Part shown: piece after piece, positions 35,301-46,800 of the stretch | Layout of the letters: each line of letters starts with the position of its first letter | How positions within the stretch are numbered: position 1 is the stretch's first letter | DNA from: Macrostomum lignano | Lineage: Eukaryota | Reading direction: 5' to 3' | Assembly: GCA_002269645.1 (NCBI GenBank) | Contig: NIVC01003580.1 | Span: 25,983 to 89,982 of the forward strand | DNA length: 64,000 nucleotides | Position numbers and translations under genes: made by a program | Notes under the pieces: model-generated | What the model saw: only the letters and a program-made list of their open reading frames with translations | What the model was told of the DNA's origin: nothing | Database searches by the model: none

Positions 35301-38300
35301 AACTCCAGGACACACCTGGATGTCGGTCTCCGATGTCTCAGTAACTTCGACTTCAGTGGTAACGCCAGGACACACCTGGATGTCGGTCTCCGATGTCTCA
35401 GTGCCTTCGAGTTCAGAGATAACTCCAGGACACACCTGGACGTCGGTCTCCGATGTCTCAGTGACTTGCAGCTGCTCCTCAGACGTCTCAGTGGTAACTC
35501 CAGGACACACCTGAATGTCGGTCTCCGATGTCTCAGTGACTTCCAGTTCAGGGTTAACTCCAGGACACACCTGGACGTCGGTCTCCGATGTCTCAGTGAC
35601 TTCGAGTTCAGTGGTAACTCCAGGACACACCTGGACGTCGGTCTCCGATGTCTCAGTGACTTCGAGTTCAGTGGTAACTCCAGGACACACCTGGACGTCG
35701 GTCTCCGGTGTCTCAATGACTTCGAGTTTAGGGGTAACTCCAGGACACACCTGGACGTCGGTCTCCGATGTCTCAGTGACTTGCAGCTGCTCCTCTGTCG
35801 TCTCAGTGGTAACTACAGGACACACCTGGATGTCGGTCTCCGATGTTTCAGTGATTTCCAGCTGCTCCTCTGTCGTCTCAGTGGTAACTCCAGGACACAC
35901 CTGAATGTCGGTCTCCGATGTCTCAGTGACTTCCAGTTCAGTGGTAACTGCAGGGCACACCTGGACGTCGGTCTCCGATGTCTCAGTGACTTCAAGTTCA
36001 GTGGTAACTCCAGGATACACCTGGACGTCGGTCTCCGATGTTTCAGTGACTTCGAGTTCAGTGGTAACTCCAGGACACACCTGGACGTCGGTCTCCGATG
36101 TCTCAGTGACTTCGAGTTCAGTGGTAACTCCAGGACACACCTGGACGTCGGTCTCCGGTGTCTCAGTGACTTCGAGTTTAGGGGTAACTCCAGGACACAC
36201 CTGGACGTCGGTCTCCGATGTCTCAGTGACTTGCAGCTGCTCCTCTGTCGTCTCAGTGGTAACTCCAGGACACACCTGGATGTCTGTCTCCGATGTCTCA
36301 GTGATTTCCAGCTGCTCCTCTGTCGTCTCAGTGGTAACTCCAGGACACACCTGAATGTCGGTCTCCGATGTCTCAGTGACTTCCAGTTCAGTGGTAACTG
36401 CAGGGCACACCTGGACGTCGGTCTCCGATGTCTCAGTGACTTTGAGTTCAGTGGTAACTCCAGGACACACCTGGATATCGGTCTCCGATGTCTCAGTGAC
36501 TTTCAGCTGCTCCTCTGTCGTCTCAGTGGTAACTACAGGACACACCTGGATGTCGGTCTCCGATGTCTCAGTGACTTTCAGCTGCTCCTCAGACGTCTCA
36601 ATGGTAACTCCAGGACACACCTGGATGTCGGTCTCCGATGTCTCAGTGACTTCCAGTTCAGTGGTAACTGCAGGGCACACCTGGACGTCGGTCTCCGATG
36701 TCTCAGTGACTTTGAGTTCAGTGGTAACTCCAGGACACACCTGGATATCGGTCTCCGATGTCTCAGTGACTTGCAGCTGCTCCTCTGTCGTCTCAGTGGT
36801 AACTCCAGGACACACCTGGATGTCGGTCTCCGATGTCTCAGTGACTTCCAGTTCAGTGGTAACTGCAGGGCACACCTGGATATCGGTCTCCGATTCCTCG
36901 GTGAGTTCAAACCGCTCCTCTGACGTCTCATTAGTTATTACAGGACATGTCTCGATGCTTCCATTTGATGCTTCTCGGTTTGAAACAGCTACATGATAGG
37001 GTGTCTCTGTTTGATTTTTTGTTTTTGATTCATAGGCGCTATCTGTTTCAGAAGTGTTTATTCGCTCCATTGAGGTTTCAGTGGTTTCAATTGTTTCATA
37101 CTCGGTTTTGAGTGCCTCTTCCCTTTTGGCTTTTCCATCTTTCATAGGAGTTATCGCCGCCTTGAAGCCGACGCTGGCCTGCGGTTTGTTGAATGGCCCC
37201 TCGCCAACTTCATTCAACTCGTCGCTCTCAAGGGTGTACTTAGAATCACCGGTTTGCTGAAACTCTTGATCTCTGCTCGACGACTGCTCGTAATAATGAT
37301 ATTCTTTAGTTGTCTCGCTCTTACCGAATCCCGCCGCTTCGGAAGGAACTAAGGAAAGCGGGTAAGTGGATAGCAAGAGGAATAAAGATCTTTTAGTCCT
37401 AGGACTTTAACTGCAAGATTGTGATTACATTTTGGCGAGCGAATGGGGTGCAATGAATCTCAAGGCCATAGTGTGCAGGAATATGCGAAAAAAACGAAAA
37501 TGGAAGAGTGACACAACAAAATGCATGCAACCAGGCACTCTAAATCACTTTTCTCGAATTTTCTCTCCCAGCTAATAGCTAGCTTAAAGCCAAAACTAAA
37601 CTAAACTAAGTTGTACCTATGGCTCCCTGAAGAGCATCGTCTACGATGCCGCCTGCCGCCTGCTGCATCGCCGCCTCCGCCTCCCCAGATGCCTCCTCTT
37701 CCGAATCGCCATGGAAAACCTGAACATCTGTGCTGTGCCTCGTGATCACTCGGCGTCGAACAACGCTTCCGTCGGGTAGAATCTCCTCGGCTTCTTCAAC
37801 CGTTTCCTCCGGACCCTCCTGGTGCTGGTTACTCAGCGACTGATCGTCCTCCTCGTCGGGATAGTAGCGAGCGTGTCGGTGCTCGAGGCAAGCGTCCGCG
37901 GTGCCGGCTCGCTGAAGCACTTCGTCTGCGCAGCCCTCCGTGACGATGCGCTCAGTCACTTCTTGGACGACACGACGACGAACGATTCGCTTCCGCACCA
38001 CTGTGCCGTCTGGCAGGCGCTCTTCCTGCTCCTCCTCCTCCACGAACTCCCGCGGCTCTCCGCGCACCAGCTCGTGCCTGTGGCTGACGCTGTGCCTGTG
38101 CTGGTCATCGTCTGCGGGGAAGAGTTGTGCGGAATGTGGGCCGTTTGAATCTGCTTCTATCTGTCAGTATTTGAACTCCAAATATATCTACACCAATATC
38201 CCAAATGATAAAGGGATTTGGAAAAGTCTGGCCTCAACCGCTTGGGACAGAAGCATGGTCGTATCTATTCTACGTTGTTGTGCTGAATACCGAGGTAGTC

Positions 38301-41300
38301 AGATGCACTCTTCTCATGAAATCGGTGCCTTGCATTTGCACAACATCTAACAGCATCTCCCGTACTTTTTTTTCAGAAATTTGAGCTTTACAGATGAAAA
38401 TTACAAGCAATCCCTTCGCCAAAGAATAGCAGATGTTTCCTGATAAAGGCAGCTTTTCTATATAGGATTGTTAAAAAATAAAAAACGCAAGCAGCAAAGA
38501 GGCAGGGATCCTGAGAAAGGGGAGCCTCTCTCCCAGAGAGCTCAAAGATCTCCGCCTAACCTGCGTTGCGTAAAATCAGTCCATAAGGACTGCACCAGAA
38601 GAAATTTTGCTCCTAGGAGCGGCTAGGAGCGGACGCTCTGTCGGGTCTCCTGTTTCCATTCCGATCTCTCTTGAGGCAGAGGGGAGTGAAAAATTTATGA
38701 CTGGCAGAGAGTATTTCGCAGCAAACGGCGCTCTTGATTCGGATATAATTTCTACTGCCCTATCGCAAGGCCACTCAGTCAGACCCGCCCATCTATTTGC
38801 CATCGTGTGCCCGCTTGCACCCCGCCATATTTTCCATTAAGGAAACAAAATTACGAGCTGAGCGAGTCTGAAGTCCATAGAAAAATTCTAATTCCATCTC
38901 TCCGTCTCTCTTTCTTGCTGCCTGAGATAAGAAAGATTTAAAGATTCAGATTCACTCTCACACCCTCCTGAAATCAGTGCTGAAAACTGAGAGTTATGGT
39001 ATGCTAATCCTACTCGCACCAGCAGATGTACTCTGTGACTCAAACAGATTTATCCGCCTGTTTATTGACATTCTAGTGCACAGAATCATGCTGGTTAGTA
39101 TGGGTTAGAAATTATTGCTAGTGTACACTACTGTTAGTCAAGCGAAAAAACATTCTGCAATGATATTTGTTAGGCAGCACAACAGTATAAAAGCAGAGCA
39201 TCTCAGTTGAGTTGGTTATTTTGTTCTGAGTTAACTGGAATCTTTACTAAGATCTACACGGATATTTCGGTGATGCAGATCAGCTCCAAGTTATGCACTA
39301 TGTTATGAACTATACCCCATCAGCTGGGAAGAGCAATGCTACAGCGACTCAGTCTCCCAACACAGAGAAATTTAGAGCTTTCGTTATTAGAGTTGCACAT
39401 CAAGTTTTTACTCTCACCTTTCGTTGTTGGTTTCTCGATAGGATTTCTTTGACATTTCGGCGGCCGGAGGCGGCGACTGCGACGCAGGCGGCCAGTCAGT
39501 TCAGCTTCTGCATTACCGGATGAAGCTGCGAGTGCCACTAAGCCCGAGTTCCCCTCTATGTCCTAGTCCTATAATTTGTTGCCTTCCCAAATGTTCTCAC
39601 CAATTTAGCAAATTAATTGATTAATAGCAGTAAAATAATAAGTAATTGGAGAGCATTCGCGCACTACACTAAACACGAATAGAGACAGACAAAGGGCAAA
39701 AAAGACAATTCGCAATCAATAACAATTGAAAGATATGGTATGAAAATGATTGAATACGTTACTCAGTGTAAATTAATAATTAACTCAGCGGGATTTTGCT
39801 GTGTGCAGAATGCATTGATAATTTGCTACTGAAAAACAATAATTGACGAGTGTGCACTATCGCTGGGACTTATCGACTCACCGTTTGGACTGCCGACCTC
39901 CGGAGCCTGAGAGTTGCCTGTGGAATAAAATTTTGCAGCACGAAGTCTTAAAGCGACTTAAAGCAATTTTTGTGTTAAAAAATGAAAACTTCCTATTTCT
40001 GTAGTGTATTTTTTCGGGAAAACCCGCCTTCTCAAATTTTCCAAGAAACGATGTTTCCCGTGCTGCGGTTGGCTTTGATTTGCGGCAGTGTCTAAGGCCT
40101 CCGTTTGCACCGCCATCGGAATTTTAGCTAATTAGTGTAAACTAACTCGCCTATCATAGCTTTAAAATAAGTTTAACAGTAGAAAAACGGGTTGGTGATT
40201 AAAATGTATTCAATACAGAAACGAACACCTAGCTACATCTATACCTAGTAACAACCAACACCCACCTCAACTCACGCTTCTCCGCGGCACAACGATCGTG
40301 TTCAGGAGCCACGAGCATGCAAAAGTGCACCCTACTGAACTCTTTCTTTGCTTCACGAAGTACCAGACACGCTAGATCGGGCTCGAACGGCCAGCCACCA
40401 GCGGGTTGAGTTGCGCCAGTACCCCACCCATAATTCCCACATAACTTTTGGGTCGCGTGGCAGCGTGAGTGAGGGGGGAGGTGGGTTAGCTGTTGCTGAC
40501 TATTTTCCTATCCGGTATTGATGGTTCAGCTACAAGGTACTCAAATTATATTACAATTCGAATTTAAGCTGTTGAAAATGGTATAAATTGAAAGAGACGC
40601 CTTACCAGCAGCTGCCTCGGGCTCCATCATCTCTTCAACAAGTCGTCTGGCTTCGCTCTTTAAGTCTTCCTGAGGTTCGTGAGCCGACTGTTCCCCCTGA
40701 GCTGGTTGAGCGTCTCGTCTGGTAGGAGCGGAGTGGCTCACGGCGACAGATCGGGGTACGCTCAGCTCTACAAGTAGTTTGAAGACGTGTGCGCAGAAGG
40801 ATTTCAGAATAGCAATGGTATAGCCTACGTACAGGGACACAGTGATGGACATACAGGTGAAAGAAGCTGCGAATGTTGGAAAGGTACAGATGGAGGGTGC
40901 AGCAACCAGCGGCTGGCTTTTATTAACAACAAACGACTCATTGCGACTGAGCCTTGCATTGTACTGCCTCATCTGAGCTGCAAACTCTGCTGTCTGCAGC
41001 TGAGCGAATGAGCACAGCACGCTGTCCACGGCTGACTAGACAGAGACCCGTCACAATAGACTAGGCTGAGCACGAAACTGGGCTACTTTCTCACTGTAAC
41101 TTGTGCTCTTCGAGGCATGAATAATGGACCATTTTTGCGGCGCATTTTCGCTCCAGCTCTCTCTCCTTTCTAAGAATCTGTGGGGCGTCTGTCTGTCCCT
41201 CGGGCTGTTTCAACAATGCCAGCATTTGAACTACTTATTCTAGCCCCGGGGCAAAACAACTGTATAAAGAATTTAGGTTGCACTCGAAGCTATTCCAAGT

Positions 41301-43858
41301 TTAAGAAAATCGAGCGAGAGAGCCTTGGCTTGCGTGATAAATAATAAACATAATTTTCTGTAGAAACTATACAACATGTTCAAGACCCTTACTTGGTACG
41401 AATACATGAGCTTGTCATTAAAATTAAAGTTCTTGCAACAGGAATATAGCTGCCAGTGACGTGTAATATCGCTTTTCTATAGCAGTATAAAATCTAAATA
41501 ACATGAAAATATTCTATCTTTACTACTTACAAGTAGGAACAAGTGCAATCTGCTCCGATTACTACTACAACCCTAGATAATTTCTGATCAACCTGAGACC
41601 CTTTTAAGAATCAATATTCTCCAGCCTCAACCTCCCTGATTGGTCCACTAATTCAGTAATTCTCTCTCTCACTCACCTTCATCAGGAAAGTCAGAATCCG
41701 GTGCCATGGACTCTGACTTCATCGAGTCCATCTTGGACAGAAGATCTTCAACTCCCGCCGCATTTTGCGCCTTGTCCTGAGCTGCCAACGGGATGTCCTC
41801 TTCTACCGCTCCTGCAAATTTTTCCGGATAGTTTCTTGAGACCTGGAAGTTGACTTTTGTAAGTAATTAGATTTCTGATGAAGTCACTCCAACTCACCAG
41901 TGAGGTCCCTGTCTGGCGAGGGAACATCCGGCTCCGGAACCAGACTGTCCATGGCCTCAATCAGTCCAAGGAAGGCCTCCGTTTTGGCTTTGCGCGCCTG
42001 CTCCTGCTCGGCCGCTGTGGGAGGCGGCGGCGGCGGCGGCAGGCGCGGGTCCCTCGCCGCATCGATGGCGTCCTCGCCCGGAGCGGCTGAGCGCGGCGGA
42101 GGCAGTGCCGGTTGCCACTGGCGCGTCGCCGGGCGGCCAGATTCGGACTCGGCGCCAGGCTGATAGTCCGGCAGAGCCACCTCCAGAGTGCAGATGGGCT
42201 TCAACGACGGACTGTCGGTGGGCTTAGTCGGCCTTGGGTCCTTCAGGAAGGCCACCTTGCCCACGGCTGGCTGGGACGAGTCCTTAACTCGAACGACGCA
42301 AGCCAAGCGATTCTCGCGGAAGGCCTTGAACGACAGGAACAGCTGCTCGTTGCCCTTGGTGATGGCGGCCAGGTTGCCGACCGTCTCCACCCACTGGGGC
42401 CGGCTGTCCAGAACTTCAACTTCGCGGGACTCCGCCTTGCGTTCGAAGCCCTCGGCAGCCTCGAGGGTCTTGTCCATCTGCGTGGATTTGTCGCGGGAGA
42501 AGGAGTGACTGAATACCAGTTTGAAGAATTACAACCCTAGTAGTTTTTATAGACTGAGTTTTGTCTTGAACTTATTACCTTGTCATCCGTGATGCAGAAG
42601 CACCTCAGCTTGGCCTCTCCGGGCTCGTGTCGCTTTGCGTAGATGACAAACCGTGCCATGTAGGGCACCACGAACGAGTCCCTGTAGAGCCGGCCGGCCA
42701 GGTCAGCCGACTCGGCCGTGTTCGGACAGTCCATCAGCCAAAACCGAGCGCTGACCGTGGTGGTGAAGGACACGCAGTCCTTGACGTACGAAAGCGGCGT
42801 GGATCCCGTGATGTCCTCCCAGGTGGCTGGCTGGACGCCGCCGGTGATGCTGCACAGAAGGCGCAGCGTCGGGCTCTCGCCGGGACTGGCAACCCCGCGG
42901 CTGGCGGGCCGGGGCAGCGGGATGGTGAGGGTGATGGGCTTGTGGAACTTGCGCCGCCTGGGCTCGATGGTCACCACTGGAGACACGGCCAGCCGGGGGC
43001 CGAGCAGGCGGGTCACCTGGTCGGCAGGCACCGGTAGAGCCTGAATAGCGACTCGGATCTTTTTGGTGAGGGCGCCCTCCGGAAACACCGCCTGCACCTG
43101 GGACACCACCGTGGATGAGAGGACTCCGCCCTCGGGCCCGATGAGGGCGCTCTCCTGACGCACCCGAGTAACAAGGGCCAGGTACTGCGGGAAGCTGTTG
43201 GTGAGCACGCGGATAATTCTTTTCTTCCGCATCTCCTCGTTGGACTCCATGGAGCCGAAGAATCCGCCAACGGCGTCCATGACCGCCTGATCGGTGGCCT
43301 CAACCGTGTGCTCCTTCCAGGTGTCGCCGGTCTCAGAGCGCAGCACGACAATCTCGCGTTCGCGTTCGCGCAACGAGGCATAGTGGGGCAACTCGAGCAG
43401 CACGTGGCCGTTGAACGGAGCGTTGTGCGGCCCGAGCTCTATGATGCGGCAGGCGAGACCTTCGCCGTCGTTTAGCTGCGGCGGTCGGGCAACTCGGCCA
43501 GGCCGCATCAGGCGACAGGTGACGCGGGTTGGCGCGGAGGCAGCGCTTGGTGGGATGACCACGCGGAGGCCCGGCCAGCGGGAGGCGTCCATAGCACCGC
43601 CTCGAGCGTCCACCAGAAAGGACACGAGGAAACTGAAAAATTAAATTGAAATGTTCCAGTCAATCAGTGAGGTTCTGTCAGGCTGTGCTTTCTAGTAAAT
43701 TAAAAAAGCTACAACAGGCGTTTAGACTAATCCAGTTCTGCCAATACGAGTACATGTATGGACTGGAGCAAAGGGTTGTCAAATGAAGCCGTATGTCAAG
43801 TCCAAACCGAATGTGACGCAATGGAGACGAGTTGCGGAGCTTTTGCCAAATTCCCTAA

Positions 43859-43897
<39 letters not shown>

Positions 43898-46800
43898 CTG
43901 CATACGTACATATAATGTTAGACGTACGTACGTCTATAATGAGCTGTGAGTGTGCTTCAGTGGACTCGTTGCCTTCTCACTGGCTGTATCGGTCGACTGT
44001 CGCCAGTAGTAGAGCCAGTGCTCTCAATCCCCAATTAAAACGGTGGTCTCGAGATGTCCAATACTGTCAGGATTTTCAGTTTCCTTAGCGATCCCTCTCA
44101 AAACCCCAGCCTACGACCCTGAAGTTGAAAGTTGACATGAAAACCGATATTGCTAGGGTAGGCATTAGGTAGCTGGGCGTTTCTATTCGCCTGGGACAAT
44201 CAAATTTCCTCTCCTTTGTCTGTAAACATCGCTATGAATCACATATCATTTAGATTTATCCTGATGATGCCAACTGAAGCCAGTTTTGGACTCTATTGCA
44301 TAATCAATCCTAATTTCAGAGCTTATCAAATCGGCTTCTTCAATTTCCTAACTTTTGTTATTCGATTTGCCACCCCAAGCCTTCGGTTCTCTTCAGCAAG
44401 GAGCCTTCAACGAACACAAGGACCAATGAGCAACTGCGAATCGCCATGCAGCTTTTTGCACTGGCTTTCTGAACGGGCGAGGCAGGGTCCTGGACTGGAC
44501 TGCATGGGCTGGGCTTGGCAAATCCGATGCGAAAGAAAATAAACGCGCAACAAGTGGGCTGAACTGAACGAACAGAGCTATCTATCAGTCTGCGAGATGA
44601 TGGCGCTTGGGCCTCTGCCCGTTCAGCACAGATTAGCCACACACACACACACAACAGCTTTCTCTGAAGCTCTCTCTCTCTCTCCACCCTCTATCCTGCC
44701 TGTCTGCCTGTTAACTCTGTCCCGAGCTGAACTGCTGCAGACAAGCGTACTGCTGCAGCAAATTATTCAAGGGGGACCAGCTAACTGCAGCACTGATTGG
44801 AATTGCGGCCTGTACAAACAGTAATCTTCTGACCGATTGCCAGAGGCGTGCGGTACTATCGATTCCGGAATTGGGCAGTTTGTTTTAACTGCTGCTGCTA
44901 AGCAGAATCTCATTGTCGGTTTGGGAATGGGGCAGCAATGTCTGATTCTTTAAGTAAGGTGTCTGGCCCTGACTCAGCCTTTTCAGACGGTTTCTTAGGC
45001 ACATGAAGATGGGGAGTTGCTTTTTATCGGCTACTGGGCCAACAGAGAAGGGCGAAGTCTTGAATCTTGAGAGATTCAAAGTCCCATCCCAAAGACTCCG
45101 GGAAGGAATCCAGGTCCCATCCCAGGAACTCCAGGAGGGAATCCAGGTCCCATCCCAGGAACTCCAAGAAGGAATCCAGGTCCCATGCATCCCAAGGACT
45201 TCAGAAAGGAATACAGGCCCCATAACTCCCATCCCTGCCCTGGCATCCCAGAAACTCCAGAAAGGAAAGGAAAGGAAGGAATCCAGGTCCCAGGTTCTGA
45301 GAATTGCATGTCCAAGAATTCCAGGTTAAAATAAAGGTACGTAGTTCGTAGTTCGTAGTTCGTAGTTCACAGAGATTTGAAGCCCATCAGTTTTAAAGAT
45401 TCCAATTACCATAAATCAATCTCGGGGGTTCCAGATCCCACTGCAGGGAATTCCAGAAATCTAGGTCCCATTCCAGAAATTCGAATTCTCTTTTCTCGAT
45501 CTCAGGGGATTCTAGGTCCAAAGCAGGGATGGGACCTAGGATGGGATCGATACAAGCATGTATTGATGTATGATATTAGGAATTCCTTTTCTTAGGATTT
45601 TAGTACTAAGGGATTTCTAGTCGTTCAGTTTAAAGACAATCAGCCTTCAAGTTCCAATAAGTATTTATCACGCATCTTAGCAATCCCAGATCTTCAGTTA
45701 TAAAGGATTTGAATCTTTAAGTAGATCAAACAGAAGCCGCTGCTCTGCTTATATAATAAAACTTACCAACCAGTCTTGTGGGCGACAGCTGCCAAAGCAG
45801 CTGTTTCTGGCTGTTCAACAGCACTTGGACTTGGCATCCTGCTTTTTTGCACAGGTAATTACCGGTATTTCAGCGATCACCTAGTGCTAGACGGGTATTT
45901 AGCGGCCATTATTAAAAAATTGTGTGCTTCGTGTCACGGCTTCGGGTTCCCCCCCCCGTCTGGGGGTTGAAATACGCTCGTAAAACGGGGGATTGGAGCT
46001 TAGATGGCCCCGGGAGCGGGGGCCCGGGCCAATGTACATCCGGGAGCTTTTAAAAAAACCGGCCTTTCCCGACCGAAAATAAGCTGCACACACACACACA
46101 CGCACACACCCCGAGGTCCAATTATTTTGGGGGGAGCTCCAGCACAATGTGAATCCTTCTTTTTAGACGGGGAGAAAAAAGTCTCGGAAACACTCCGCTC
46201 CCCCTCCCCTTCACTGAGTGGAGCACTGGGGAAGAGGGTTATTGGGGTTGCGATGCCAGTAGGAAGTTATGGAAACAGAGCGTACACTCCTTGCCGCAAA
46301 ACCAGTTTACTCTCTTGTTGGAAAGCCGTCAGTCAATCAATCTAGCGCAGGATTTTGTCCCACCGGAAAGCCTAGGAGTAGTCCGAAGGGATCGGGGAGA
46401 GACTTACTGACCGAGAAATGGCTTGTCAGAGAGTACTAGGCTCTTCAAGAATCGAGTCTGGACCCCTAGATCACTTCCAGCTGGGTGAGTCATTCATTTT
46501 AGTTGATCGAGGCACAATTTGAGCCAATTGATTGGGAAATTTTCACCGCGATTCCAAGCAACACTCATAGATATCGGCTCGATATGCAGGCATGTAGATC
46601 TGACAATAGATGTAGGGGTTATCAGGAGTTCTAGGAATGCTACAAGCTAAAGTGTCAGACATTCGGACGTCAAATATTAGGACAGTTGCAAGACGACATT
46701 TGACTGTCAGATTTTCCGATGTCAGATAGTGTGTCTGATATAAGAGTGTCATCTAAGCTTTGGCTACCTAACACTGTATTAGGTTGGCAATTGTTAGTCC

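Noticed and set aside
32503-36996. Long plus-strand and alternate-frame ORFs ([36 protein letters not shown]) as overlapping or antisense genes
   Set aside because: Shadows of the 60/75-bp coding repeat. They start and end with the array and have no independent signals.
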